From Seison nebaliae (Eukaryota): a stretch of 53,890 nucleotides of DNA. The DNA lies in the NCBI GenBank assembly GCA_023231475.1, contig JALJEE010002031.1, positions 1 to 53,890 on the forward strand, written 5' to 3'. The translations under genes and the position numbers were made by a program. Positions 40,530 through 53,100 of the stretch are shown piece after piece. The notes under the pieces were generated by a model. That model saw only the letters and a list, made by a program, of their open reading frames with translations, did not search any database and was not told the DNA's origin. Numbering within the stretch: position 1 is the first letter of the stretch; each line of letters starts with the position of its first letter.

Positions 40530-40697
40530 AAGTTTCAGTTACATACCAACAATACGAGCGATTTAATGATAATGTAAATGGACGACCGATAGAAGATTGT
40601 TACACATAAATTAGAATAGAAATTTGATTCGGAAACTGATTTTTTATTTATTTTATTTACTCTTTCTTTCTCATTCGATTCTTCCGCTCCACTGTAA

Positions 40698-41139
40698 ATG
40701 CTTCACAATCTTCTCCATCTTCTCCGCTATCAAAAACCGTTAAGACCGAATATTACCATTTCCTATTGGTTCTTTTCTTTTTGATTTTATTAAATAAAAA
40801 TTTTATGGTTCAGGTCGAAATGATCAGCAAATAAACGATTGCAGCAGATATACGATAAGATTATGAAAGATTATCCTAATGCGAAAATTTCAATAAAAAA
40901 TTCTTCAGTTGTCGGTTCATCTCATTTCGATAAAAGCAAAAAAAAATTTAATTTCTTCAACAGATTCGTTCGATATTTATGTCGATAAAAATTTGATATT
41001 TTCCGCTCAAGATAATAATTCTATCTTACCCGACTCTGCAACAGTTTAAGTTCAATCATTTCCTAATGTCAATTAAAGATGATGAATTATTGAAAAGATT
41101 CTCCGCATCATCGAGAAAGGAGATACTGTCCACCATTAA
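40698..41139 (+). CDS. selenoprotein, SELENOW/Rdx family, 97 aa, 4 exons, Sec UGA at 40821-40823
   Basis: Exons 40698-40768, 40814-40914, 40964-41043, 41098-41139 give MLHNLLHLLRYQKPLRPNITISYWSKUSANKRLQQIYDKIMKDYPNAKISIKNSSVVDSFDIYVDKNLIFSAQDNNSILPDSATILRIIEKGDTVHH*. SFDIYVDKNLIFS matches the Rdx motif gsFEv.v.g.lifS; a SECIS follows. Confidence 0.85.
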
Positions 41140-41150
41140 AAAGAGAATGA

Positions 41151-41228
41151 AGTGAATGAGAAGACATGACGATAAAATGAGTAAAATTATTTTAAAAATA
41201 ATCTCATTTTGTCCGAATTACATTTACT
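41151..41228 (+). promoter_or_regulatory. SECIS element (type II)
   Basis: Helix I AGTGAATG/CATTTACT; core ATGAC..CGAA (ATGA at 41166); 11-bp helix II GATAAAATGAG/CTCATTTTGTC; unpaired AAA; apical mini-stem ATTATTT/AAATAAT. Confidence 0.9.
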
Positions 41229-41326
41229 GCAACAAAAATTTTCTGTTTTTTTTTTGTAATTTAAGAAATAAATGTGTATGAATAAAAAATATTCTTATTC
41301 TTTTTTTTTTCTTTAATTCAATTCCA

Positions 41327-42532
41327 TTAAACAGGTTTATAATCCAATTTCGTTTCCAATTTCTTATTCTCCGCCACTTTTCGAACACCTTTCATGAAAT
41401 CTTCTTGAGTGATGAAATCATGTTCTGTTCGTATGGCGAACATTCCAGCTTCGGTACAAACATTCCTCAAATCAGCTCCATTAAATCCATCGGATAATTT
41501 GACGATCGCTTCGTAATCGATATCTCCTCGTTTCTTCAAGGATGTTGCATGAATCTTTAGAATCTCTAATCTCGCTTGTTCGTTGGGTAAAGGAATCTCA
41601 ATCTTCCTATCTAATCGTCCAGGACGTAAAAGTGCTGGATCCAAAGTATCAGGACGATTAGTAGCCATAATAATTTTAACTTTTCCTAATGAATCGAAAC
41701 CATCCATCTGGTTTAATAATTCCATTAATGTTCGTTGAATTTCACGATCAGCTGATGTTCCTTCAGAGAATCGACGTCCTCCAATTGCATCAATTTCATC
41801 CATGAATATAATACATGGTTGATGATCGCGAGCATAAGCAAACATTTCTCGAATCATACGAGCACTCTCCCCAATATATTTATCAACGATGGCACTCGAT
41901 ACAACTTTCAAAAAATTACAATCTAATTGAGATGCTACTGCTCGTGCTAATAATGTCTTACCAGTACCTGGTGGTCCGAATAAGAGACATCCTTTTGGTG
42001 GAGTGATTCCAACTCGCATAAATAATTCAGGATTGATCAATGGCAATTCTACAACTTCTCTCAATTCTCGAACTTGTTCATGTAGTCCACCAATTTCCGA
42101 ATAACTGATATTTCCCGGATCTTCATGTGACATATTATAAACAAGTGGATCAACTTCACGAGGGAGATATCTCATGATTGTCAATGTCGTCATATCTAGA
42201 GCGACTCTTGTTCCTGATTTTAATTTATTCTTGTCGATTGTACGACGACAACCAACCACATATCTTGGACCATTTGTTGCTTTCACAATAAATTTATCTT
42301 CTGTTAATTGTTTCAATGTCTCGCCCACTATTTGTCCAACACTTTGCAACGCTTTCAAATCATTCTCAGATTTCTCATAAAGACGATTCACTGATTTCAT
42401 ACTCTCTCGCAATTTCTTCACTTTCATCTCCGCTTGCATATGTTCATGTACCTTCTTACGATACTCCTCCAGAACAGCTTCATGTGAATTACCTGAAACG
42501 GGTGGATTTCGAATACCTGCATTGCTTATCAT
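41327..42532 (-). CDS. PSMC6: 26S proteasome AAA-ATPase Rpt4, intronless
   Basis: [65 protein letters not shown]-terminus KLDYKPV. Confidence 0.98.
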   Translation of the reverse strand: MISNAGIRNPPVSGNSHEAVLEEYRKKVHEHMQAEMKVKKLRESMKSVNRLYEKSENDLKALQSVGQIVGETLKQLTEDKFIVKATNGPRYVVGCRRTIDKNKLKSGTRVALDMTTLTIMRYLPREVDPLVYNMSHEDPGNISYSEIGGLHEQVRELREVVELPLINPELFMRVGITPPKGCLLFGPPGTGKTLLARAVASQLDCNFLKVVSSAIVDKYIGESARMIREMFAYARDHQPCIIFMDEIDAIGGRRFSEGTSADREIQRTLMELLNQMDGFDSLGKVKIIMATNRPDTLDPALLRPGRLDRKIEIPLPNEQARLEILKIHATSLKKRGDIDYEAIVKLSDGFNGADLRNVCTEAGMFAIRTEHDFITQEDFMKGVRKVAENKKLETKLDYKPV

Positions 42533-42811
42533 CTCGTCTCAATATTTCCACAAATGACAAAATTCGAACACGAAAAAATATTAGTCAACTACCAAATTTT
42601 AGGATTTAATTGAAAAGCGAAATATTTGAATATTCAACTTAATTTATTCAAATCCATTCACTAGATATTTCGATGGTTAATCCTTTTTGTAAAAAGATGG
42701 CAGTTAGAACAAGATTAATTAGTATCTTGTACGATACGTAGATGGAATAAATTATTTGTTTCTTCGATTTCAAGGAAGGTTATAATTAGAATGAGAATGA
42801 ATTAGAGAACG

Positions 42812-42833
42812 TAGTAGTAGTAGTAGTAGTAGT
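42812..42833. repeat. (GTA)n microsatellite
   Basis: About seven tandem GTA units between PSMC6 and SURF4. Confidence 0.85.
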
Positions 42834-43778
42834 GGAATGAAGGAAGAGATGTAATATCAATTAGAATTCATCGACAATTGATGAAATTAATTAAATTTAT
42901 TCTCAATTCTCTTTCATTTCTTCACGTACATTCGATTTCCTTATTTTTCTCTTCATTTTTAAATTAAATTCAACTTCATGTGAAATTTAATGTACGTTCA
43001 ATTAATGGACTTTCTAATATTTATGTAAATGGAAATTTTATTAATTTACACATTCATTTTTTTTCATGAACGTTACGTTCAGATAGTAGAGTCGACAGAC
43101 AACAGTTGCAAAGATAGTTAAGAAGAATTATTTGAAAATTTTCGTTATGACACTGCACGCACTTCCTCCACATCATCCCACAATCAAGCTAAAAATTTCA
43201 ATAAGGAATTTCTTAAGGATTCCATAGAAAATGAAAAAAAAAAATTTCTTTTTGATGTGCGTAGAATCATCGAAAAACTTCAGAATTGTCAACGTTTCCA
43301 TTTTCCTCCTTCATAAATGGCATTTGACTAACTTGCAACTGTCATTCCTAATTCACTCGTTAAATGTAAGTTTGTTGAAAGTTCTCTTTCAATTTGAAAG
43401 GAGAAATTCGTATGTCAGTTTAGGAGAAGGCGCAAAAAAAAATTTTGAATTTTGAGTAGAAATTGAGAGATAAAAATGGTTTTTGTTTTTTAAAACTAAC
43501 AAATGTGAAAATTTTTATGTTTTTTATCTTCCCTTTTTCCCTCTGTATTTGATCGAATAATCAATTCAAATTTTATTATTCCAAATTCATTTTTTTCATT
43601 CTTTTCTCCCTCATATTTTCCTCACGTAAATTTCATTTCCATTTCTCTCAATTCCTCCAACACGGCTCAATAGAAATCTTATTGTTTCATCTCAAAAAAA
43701 AAGAAGGACGAATTGGAACGTTGACATAATCAAAAAAACGGAAAAGTTTATTAAGTGGAAACGGATTGAGAATTGATA

Positions 43779-44606
43779 ATGAATATGAATGCTATTCAGA
43801 AGGAAGAGTTTCTTGATCGGATGGAATTAGCAGCTGATCGTTTAATTAAGCATACTCGATTCGTACTACCAACAATTGCTCGATTATGTTTAGTGTCGAC
43901 GTTTATTGAAGATGGAATTCGCATGTGGTATCAATGGGAAGACCAACGCGACTACATCAATTCGACGTGGTCCGTTGGTTGGTTCTTAGCTACATTATTC
44001 GTCATTTTCAATTTGTTCGGTCAAATAATTCCATGTGGATTAATTCTGGCGAGGAAATATGTGACACAAGCTATCATGTCTCTCTTCTCAATTATTGTAT
44101 TGCAGACATTCGCTTACAGCATTCTGTGGGATGTGAAATTTGCATTAAGATCTTTGGCATTATTAGGTAGTTTAATGTTGTTGTGGGTGGATTCGTTCAC
44201 GGAGAAAAAGAGGACAATTTCACCTGGTTTACCAACCGTTGAGAAGAATGAAATGATTCAATATGTTCATTTCGTCGGTCGTATCCTTCTTGTTCTCATG
44301 TTCCTCACATTATTTCAATACGAATGGACAGCAATGAGAGTTATCGAATTAGTAGTAGGAGCATCACTCATCACTTTGATCAGTGTGGGACATAAAGCAC
44401 AAATATCTTCATTGGCATTAGTGTTATGGTTATTGGTGATAAATTTCTATCAAAATCCTTGGTGGAGATATGCTGCACATCGTCCAATGAGAGACTTCTT
44501 AAAATATGACTTCTTCCAAACAATGAGCGTTATTGGCGGTTTATTGATATTGGTGATAATTGGACCAGGAAAAATGAGTATTGACAAACAGAAGAAAGCG
44601 TGGTAA
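43779..44606 (+). CDS. SURF4: Surfeit locus protein 4 (ER cargo receptor), intronless
   Basis: LPTIARLCLVSTFIEDGIRMWYQW, DFLKYDFFQTMSVIGGLL..GPG, C-terminal dilysine KKAW; first ATG at 43779. Confidence 0.97.
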   Translation: MNMNAIQKEEFLDRMELAADRLIKHTRFVLPTIARLCLVSTFIEDGIRMWYQWEDQRDYINSTWSVGWFLATLFVIFNLFGQIIPCGLILARKYVTQAIMSLFSIIVLQTFAYSILWDVKFALRSLALLGSLMLLWVDSFTEKKRTISPGLPTVEKNEMIQYVHFVGRILLVLMFLTLFQYEWTAMRVIELVVGASLITLISVGHKAQISSLALVLWLLVINFYQNPWWRYAAHRPMRDFLKYDFFQTMSVIGGLLILVIIGPGKMSIDKQKKAW

Positions 44607-45356
44607 ACGCGACTCGTTCAAGATGACTGTCAAATAAATATTTATTTCGTTTAAATCGTCGATTCATATGAGAATATAAAGAATATGACAATAAAGAAGA
44701 GACGTGTTGAACGAGAAAGTTTATTCATCACTCCATCAAAACTGATCAGTCAAAATCATGAATGTCGATATTTCTTTTATCAAATTGTCTGAATGAATCA
44801 TATATTTTCATCAAATCCTCTCTTTATCATCGCTCAAACAAGTTTATCATTCGATTACGTTTATCATAAATTTTTGAAGAGATTCTATTTGAATTGAATT
44901 TGAATGAATGAATGAATTTGATGACGGAAAGGGGAAGATATTGAACGAAAAGAATGAATGACTTCTCGAAATATGTTCCGTTGCGTTTGATTTAAATTAA
45001 ATGATCTGGTATATAATTCATCAAAATTATTATTTATATTACATCTCATTCTCCTTCTTCCTTTTCCGTCTTCTCAAACAATTATATTTCTTTCATTAAT
45101 TGTTGTCGCTCCATCAACTCGTTACTAGATTAATTCAAACCATTTCAGTAAATATTCCAGTTATCCATCAAATCTGATGGTCTTTTATCTGGTCTAGTTA
45201 ATTCAGATTTTATTTCAATTTCTCTTTTTTTTTTGCGTTTAATTCTTTTCCTTTTCGTTATGATAATGATTGAAGAAGATTTTATTCATACGAACTTCAT
45301 AAAAAGTTGAATTGATGAATTTAAAATCGAATAATATCGATTTGTCTCATAAAAAG

Positions 45357-45385
45357 AATATATATATATATATATATATATATAT
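45357..45385. repeat. (AT)n microsatellite
   Basis: Run of alternating AT upstream of CRNKL1. Confidence 0.9.
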
Positions 45386-45620
45386 TGAGTTCATTCAGTG
45401 TTGGAACACCTCTTATTTTATCTTTCAATTTTAACTTATTTCAATACTTTCTTTTATCCTCTCCACTTCATTATCTTATTTCTATTTCAATCAATAATTT
45501 ATTCCTGCACTTCATTCACTTCAATTTTAAAGAAATAAATCTAATTCAACATTTTCATTCATATTAATTTTCTCAGAGTCCGAACGAGTAACTTCTTATC
45601 TTTCATTTCTGATTCTACAA

Positions 45621-48131
45621 ATGAGTTCTAATGGTGTTCTCTCCGCTCCACCAGTTCCTGCTGGTGGGGGTCGAAGTAAAACGATAAAATCAGTTAAAGT
45701 TCAGAATAAGATGCCAGCAAAAATTCAGATAACAGCCGAACAATTGTTGAGGGAAGCGAAAGAACGACAATTGGAATATGTTTCACCAGCAGCTAAACAA
45801 AAGATAATTGACGAAGAAGAATTAGATGAATATCGTTTGAGGAAACGAAAAGATTTCGAAGATAATATTCGAAAGACTCGAACTAATTTGACAATTTGGA
45901 TTCGATATGCCACATGGGAAGAAAATCAACACGAATTGAAGAAAGCGAGAAGTGTCTGGGAACGAGCATTGGACGTCGATCATCGAGCGATAATTTTATG
46001 GTTGAAATATGCAGAAATGGAGATGAGATGTAAACAACCACAACATGCTCGAAATGTATTAGATCGTGCAATTACCATATTACCACGAGTTAATCAGTTC
46101 TGGTATAAATATTGTTATATGGAAGAAATGTTATCGAACATTGGTGGTGCTCGTCAATTGTTTGAGAAGTGGATGGAATGGCATCCACATGAACAAGCTT
46201 GGCGTACTTATATAAATTTCGAATTGAGATATGCCGAATATGATCGTGTTCGATCGATTTATTATCGATTTACGGTCGATCATCCTGATTATCGGAATTG
46301 GATCGATTTCGCTAAATTTGAGAAACGTCATGGAACGAAAGAGTCAACGAGACAAGTATATGAAGAGGCATTAGAATGTTTTGGAGAAGAGTTCGTTTAT
46401 GAAGATCTTCTCATTTCTTTCGCTGAGTTCGAAGAAAGTGAGAAGGAATTTGAACGATGTCGATGTATTTATCGATATGGAATTGAGAAATTGGGGAAAC
46501 ATAATTCGTCAAAATTATATGTAAAATATTCACAATTCGAAAAGAAACATGGAGAATATGATATGATGGAGAGAGTGGTGGTGGATAAGAGAAGGACAAA
46601 ATATGAATTGGAGATTGCTGATGATCCATATGATTATGATGTTTGGTTCGATTATATTCGTCTTTTGGAGATGATGGAACGAGAGAAATTACAAACGGAA
46701 AAAGATGAACCAATTACTCCTCATATCGTTCGAGATGCATATGAACAAGCCATTTCTTATGTGCCGTTAGTGATGGAGAAACGTCATTGGAAACGATATA
46801 TTTATCTCTGGATTTATTACGCTGTTTTCGAAGAATTACAAGCAAAAGATAATAATCGTGCAAATGATGTTTATGAAGCATGTCTCAAAATAATTCCTCA
46901 TAAACTATTTACATTTGGGAAGATTTGGGTGATGTATTCTCATTTCCTTCTACGACAAAAGAAGTTAATCGAAGCACGTCGTCTTTTAGGAACGGCTATC
47001 GGTAAATGTGGAAAATCGAAAATTTTCAAAGAATATATCGACATAGAAATTCAATTACGAGAATTTGATCGTTGTCGAACTTTATATGAAAAATTTATTT
47101 TATTCAATCCTGAAAATTGTTCGACGTGGATAAAATATGCAGAATTGGAAAGTTTGTTAGGAGATGTGGATCGAAGTCGAGCTCTTTATGAAATGGCAAT
47201 CAATCAACCACAATTGGATATGCCGGAATTGTTATGGAAATCTTATATCGATTTCGAGATTAGTCAAGGCGAAAGTATCGAACAAGTTCGAGATTTGTAT
47301 GAGCGATTGTTGAACAAGACGTCTCATGTGAAAGTTTGGTTGAGTTATATTCATTATGAAGCGTCGATTAATGTGGAAGAACATGAGGAAATGACTTATA
47401 TGAATAAATTGAAAATAATCAGGAAATTATATCGTCGTGCATATGATTCATTGGCAACGTGTGAAGACAAATTGGATCGATTACAATTAGTAGAAACATG
47501 GAAATTATTTGAAGTTTTTTTTTAATTTTAACTAAATGTTCTTTAAGAAAACTTTTTTTTAAGGAATCACAAAAGGAACATGGAGAAATTGAGACTGTTC
47601 AAAAACTTCTTCCAAAGAAAGTGGTACGAAGACGACGAATGTTGAATGATAATGGAGTTCGATTTTGTTTAATTATCTTTCATTCATTGTCTCTTTTAGG
47701 AAGAAAATGGGGTTGAGGAATATTTCGATTACATCTTTCCTGATGATGAGAAGTCGATGCCAAATCTACGATTATTAGAAATTGCCAAGACGTGGAAGAA
47801 TAAAATGAAAGAAGAAGAAATCGGAGATAAATCACAATCTTCAGAATCATCATCTAATGACGATGATGATGATGAGGACGACGAAGACGATGATGAGGAC
47901 GAGGAGGACGACGACGATGATGATGAAGACGATGATGATGAGGATGATGAAGATGATGATAGTTCCGAAGAATTGGAAAAAAATAAACGGCAGTTATTAG
48001 AGAGAAGAATGAAAGAAATGTCGAAGAAAGATAAAGAATCAGACGATGATAAACATGAAGGAACTGATGATAGAACGATCAACGATATGTTGGACCAATT
48101 GGAAGAAAGAAATAAGAAAAAGTTAAGTTAA
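45621..48131 (+). CDS. CRNKL1: crooked neck / CRNKL1 (Syf3) HAT-repeat splicing factor, 3 exons, acidic tail
   Basis: VQNKMPAKIQITAEQLLREA, ARSVWERALDVD, multiple HAT repeats; introns 47514-47563 and ~47658-47699 restore LPKKVVRRR and EEYFDYIFPDDE..NLRLLEIAKTWK. Confidence 0.96.
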
Positions 48132-48420
48132 CAAATAACAATAAATAATATAATAACTCTATAAATAATGATAAAATAAATAAATTTCTTTTTTTATTGA
48201 AATAAATAAAACTTTTTTATGTTCTCTAAAATCTTTCTGATAGTTTCCTAGAGAATTTTTGGATAATGTGAAGTTAAAAGAATCGTTTCATTTCCATTTG
48301 TGAACTAATTCCTTTTTCGTTTTGTAGTGAATAATTGAACATAAAACAAACCGGAAAAACTTCTTTCTTCAAATTATTATTTGTTTCTTTTTATATTTTC
48401 AGGTTCTCTTTTTTTCTTTC

Positions 48421-50103
48421 ATGGCAAATTGTTTCTTTTTTGTTTTATCCAATCTTATTATTTTTGTATCATGTTCGTATTCTCCTCGTGATATAAAAAA
48501 AAAACATCCTGAAGGACATGTGACAAGTCCCAAAATTTCAACAATCAGTCCACATGTTTATGATAAAGATTTTATTGTTACTCCAGCAGATCATGGAGTT
48601 TTTGTAGATATTAGAGGACAGGCAATCGATTCCGAACCTCCAAGAGTGGATGCTAGTACTAATACTGTGAAGGGGAATAATGCTTATGTGCACGATCAGA
48701 GTGAAAGAAAAAAATATCCTGAAGGACGTCTCCAATTTTCAAGAATCAATACACATTTTGATAAAGATTTTATTGTTACTCCAGCAGATCATGGAGTTTT
48801 TGTCGATTTTAGAGGAGATGCACCAGATCTCAATATTGAGTCTAAAAGTTCTGTGCACGATCTAGAACCACCAGTTCCACACTTCCAGACAAAATCTTTA
48901 CAACCCTCTCCAGTCGCTAAGCAACAATCGAGATGTCGAAGTGTTACAGGAGATTGTGGTGATATAATAAACATTCCCCTTGAAGTAGAAAATAGTTACA
49001 CTCAAACACCTTCAAGTAATTCATTATCAAGGAGAATTATCAAGAGCATTGCAGCAACACCTAGAAAAGTACAATCGAAAGTTCGTTTGATGTTACATCG
49101 TGAAACAATTGACACTTCCCGAAAAGACGGTTCGAAGAACAAGTACGGAGAGTACGATTCACCGAATTTTGAGCAATTCGAAAAAGATAATCCAAATGGA
49201 CCTCCTGCCACAGTCTTCCGTGACTTATATCCAGCGCCACCATTAAAGGATGAAAAAAGACGGATATCATATAGTCGTGCTTACAATTTTGTTAATGTCG
49301 AAAAATCTAATTTGAGAGCTCGTCGAAAGAATTGTATATTACCTAATTCGATGATAGGTCAACAATTTGAAGTGTTGGAAGAAAATAAATGGCAATCACA
49401 TTGGGATGGTTTCACTTCATCAACAAAGGGTGTTCTAGAAATTTATTTCCTTCGTCATGGTCAGTACTTTACTGAGGAGAGACATCTTAATTCAGGATTA
49501 CTTACAGAACTCGGCTTCTTTCAAACGGTCTCAGCCGGTGATCATTATAAGCAGAAGGATATACGATTTGATAAGATTTTTGTATCGACAGTTCCCCGTG
49601 CAATTCATTCAGCTTTGGCAGTAGCATTGGGTATGTTGAAGGATGTTATAAAAGTAATGACTGAAGTAGAAGAATATTATAAGTATTCTATAAACAAAGT
49701 GGACTCAGGTGAAACTAGAGTTTTGTGGGAAGAAGTTTTCAAATTATGGAATACTCCATCATTTTACATTCAAAGTAGTTTGATACGAGAACAATATCCT
49801 GTTCAATATTCTCCTTTCTCCAATGGGAATATCAAGCCAAATGATTCAAGATTCCTTTTAGAAGAATTCCTCATACAACATCTTCATCGAGTCTATGAAA
49901 GTCAAAGATATTTAGTCATAGCTCATGCTAATGTTAATCGTTATCTTATTCTACGATTACTCCAATTAACTCCATCGGCCTTTATACGAATAACTTTAGA
50001 TCATGGCAGTACCAGTATTGTTCGCGTTCTCGGTAATGGCAAAGTGATTTTAAGACAACTAAATATTAACCAATATATCCCTGCTTCGATGACAACGAGA
50101 TAA
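48421..50103 (+). CDS. PGAM5-like histidine phosphatase with long N-terminal extension
   Basis: WQSHWD (cf. PGAM5 WDxNWD), FLRHGQY, LTELG, IAHANVNRY, LDHGSTS, G.V.LR, C-terminus IPASMTTR; hydrophobic N-terminus. Confidence 0.85.
   Translation: MANCFFFVLSNLIIFVSCSYSPRDIKKKHPEGHVTSPKISTISPHVYDKDFIVTPADHGVFVDIRGQAIDSEPPRVDASTNTVKGNNAYVHDQSERKKYPEGRLQFSRINTHFDKDFIVTPADHGVFVDFRGDAPDLNIESKSSVHDLEPPVPHFQTKSLQPSPVAKQQSRCRSVTGDCGDIINIPLEVENSYTQTPSSNSLSRRIIKSIAATPRKVQSKVRLMLHRETIDTSRKDGSKNKYGEYDSPNFEQFEKDNPNGPPATVFRDLYPAPPLKDEKRRISYSRAYNFVNVEKSNLRARRKNCILPNSMIGQQFEVLEENKWQSHWDGFTSSTKGVLEIYFLRHGQYFTEERHLNSGLLTELGFFQTVSAGDHYKQKDIRFDKIFVSTVPRAIHSALAVALGMLKDVIKVMTEVEEYYKYSINKVDSGETRVLWEEVFKLWNTPSFYIQSSLIREQYPVQYSPFSNGNIKPNDSRFLLEEFLIQHLHRVYESQRYLVIAHANVNRYLILRLLQLTPSAFIRITLDHGSTSIVRVLGNGKVILRQLNINQYIPASMTTR
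48561..48803 (+). repeat. intragenic duplication with 198-bp period and identical 45-bp core
   Basis: 48561-48605 equals 48759-48803 (DKDFIVTPADHGVFV in both copies); flanks are also similar (KK(H/Y)PEG). Confidence 0.92.
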
Positions 50104-50179
50104 GCACCAATAAAATGAACCACAACCTAATTTTCATCTTCTTTTTAAACTGATAAATTTGTAGAAAAGTGAATTTGAA

Positions 50180-53100
50180 ATGGCAGAAAAGTGTTAAATA
50201 ATTTTGACATATTTTCAAATGTTAAGCAGATTGTTAGAAGAAAGAAAGATTCGAAAAAGAATTATTTCTTACAATATGAGATAACGAAGAGTTTCGATAA
50301 GATGAAGGAATTATCTAACAAGAATTTAATTATGACAATTCTCAAAAAAGATTTTTTTCATTTTAATAAAATATTGAAAATTGAAGGAAATTCTACCGCT
50401 TCCAAACGCATTTTATCCATAACTCAATCATGGCACATGTTATCTGTGTGGTCGATAATTTCTTGGTTAATTGTCTTTATCTTCTCGATCATTGTGAAAG
50501 AGAAGAATTGGATAACGATAATTTTATTGATAATCAATTTGATTATTTGGATTTCTTTAATTTTTATATCAATTTATTTATATTTAAATGAGAACAACAA
50601 TAACAACAATCAGAAGAAGAAGAAGAATAATAATTTGATTAATAATTATGAGAATGATTATTTGGATTATAGTAATATTTTCAATAACAATAATAATAAT
50701 AATAATAATAGAATTCATCATGAATCGATAAGAAATATAATTTCAATAAAATTATTTGAAGAATTCTTCAATTTTTTCAATCTCTTCAACTTCATCGCAT
50801 ATATCATCTTTATTCTCATTTTTTCATTATTTCATATCTGGTTGAAGTTTGGTGGGAAGGAATTGGAGATATCAATCATTCTACAGATTTATCAAATAAT
50901 TTCTTTCATTTTCCATTTAGTTTTATTTCCAATAACATTTCCTGTTATTTGGTTCATTTTCCGTTTAATCACCGTCATCATTTACTATGAATTATCTCAT
51001 CAACATCAAAATGCGACATCTGTAAAAGAATTGTTGATGAATCTATTGATACGTTTCTGGAATTTATTCTCTCTTAAACGATCATCAGAATATAAAGAGA
51101 AATTAAAAGAATATCAATTATTCTCTCAATTTCTCCCCTTCTCATTGAGTATGATAACGAATGTGTGTTGTGATGAAAAACGTGGAATTTTAGCATCACC
51201 AAATTCTTCATTATTTCAACTCATTTTCCCTCAAATTGACAATGTCGAATCGACTGATAATGAGAAAGGTGAAATTCATGGTGAAAATGAAAAATCTTTT
51301 TTATTAGAAATTCTCAATATCGATCGACGTGATAAGAAATTACATTTCGAAGATGGACAATGGAGATATTTCTCTTCTCATTTGAAATGTTTCCGGAAAG
51401 TTTTCAATAAACAAAATTTGAAATTCCTTCGACGATTCATTCAATTGAATGATGTTTGTCTTTGTGAGATTGAAGAATTGTTAGATAGGACAAACGATCT
51501 TCAATCAACTTTATCGACATCGATTACGCCAATGAAAAAATGTTCAATTTCCTTTGTAAAAAAAATTATTTGTGAGGTTGACGAGAATCGTTTCAATCAG
51601 TTCTTTACAGTTATCGAAGACGAATCTAATTCTGCTTTCTCTATTGGCATTCTGTCGTTGGTGATGGATCGATGTAAATATTTCTGGGATGGAAATAATA
51701 TGGTAGAATTGGATAAAGAATTGAAACTTCATATCTTTGATCATTGTCAACAATTATTAATGAATCAAGAATGTAATGTTCATGCCATTTGTTACTCACC
51801 AATTCAAATGAATCAAATGGCAAAATCTTTAAAAGACTTTACGGAACTTCCTGTGAATTCCTCTCGATTCTTCCGATGGTTTCCACATGGTACCATATTG
51901 ATGGGAATCGTCATTACCAGTCATCGTCCGTTAGATAATATGATACTTCTCGTTCATCAATTACGTGAATTATTTATACGATTCATTTATTTCTCGGAAG
52001 AAACGACGATAAGAACAAATACATTCGCTTCGAAATTGGGTTTAGAAACCGGATGGAATTGTCATATTTGTTTGGATGAGAATGAAGATGATAATGAGAA
52101 GGAGATTGCTAATTTCGCGGATTTGCCACTTGGTGTATCGTCGATGAGAAATCATATTGCAAAGAAGGACAATGTTCCACTTCTAGTTTCGATTTTTAGT
52201 CAAACTACTGAGGAAAGTAGAAAGGAAATGATGAGAATTATGATCGAAAATTCTGAGAAACTTCTTCATTTGTCAAACGTAAATTTTTGTTGTCCGAACA
52301 ATTATGAGAATAGTGAACCATTCACTCATTTGAACTGTACTTTATCTCCGAAAGAAATTCATGATTGTTTAGCAGAAGTGAAAGAAGAAAAGAAGAGAAC
52401 GACCAACTCAAATAATTCTTATTCGATTCATCATTTTAATCAATCGTCCATCTACGAATTAATTGCACTCATTCATCATTCAAGATCATTAACTGAAATT
52501 TTCACTTCAACTTTCTATTTGTTTCTCCATCAACAATTTCTTCTATTTCTCTTCAATATCTTCCTCTTCATCTTATCACTCTCTCGATACTATTACAATT
52601 TGGAAAATACCAAGAGAAAGTTGAATAACAGACTATTCGAAACACATTTCATGAAATGTCTTACTTCTTATATTCCAACAATTGTATTCTGGTATTCCGT
52701 TACTCTGATTCCTTTACAAACAATATGTTTTTTCTTGTTTAAAATTTACCTGTACATTTATCAATGTTATCCATTGTTATATCGACCTCGTCCAATTATC
52801 AGATATGAGAGAGGAGATTCCCTTTTTCAAAATGAATCGGAGAATTGCAATGAAAATCTTCTCGAAAATAATATTCCGAGAGCTAATGTACAAATGACTG
52901 ATGAAATGTTGGAAGAAGATTTGATAGAACAAGTGAACAATCTTAGTCATTTGAATAAAAGTTGTCCATTAATTAATCGAATGAAACCGAGATCTCTAAT
53001 TTCCGTTTTCATATCATTTCTCATTCGATTCATCTTACCCGTTTTCCTCTTCGTCTCCTTTATTCTCCTCAAAATTACCGTGTCCAAATTATCGTGCGAA

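Noticed and set aside
41079..41093. Alternative acceptor giving a second in-frame TGA in the selenoprotein
   Set aside because: It needs a 35-nt intron, shorter than others here, and loses the amphipathic terminal helix ILRIIEK expected for the Rdx fold.
47729..48082. Poly-Ser ORF on the minus strand
   Set aside because: Antisense shadow of the GAY/GAR-rich acidic tail of CRNKL1.
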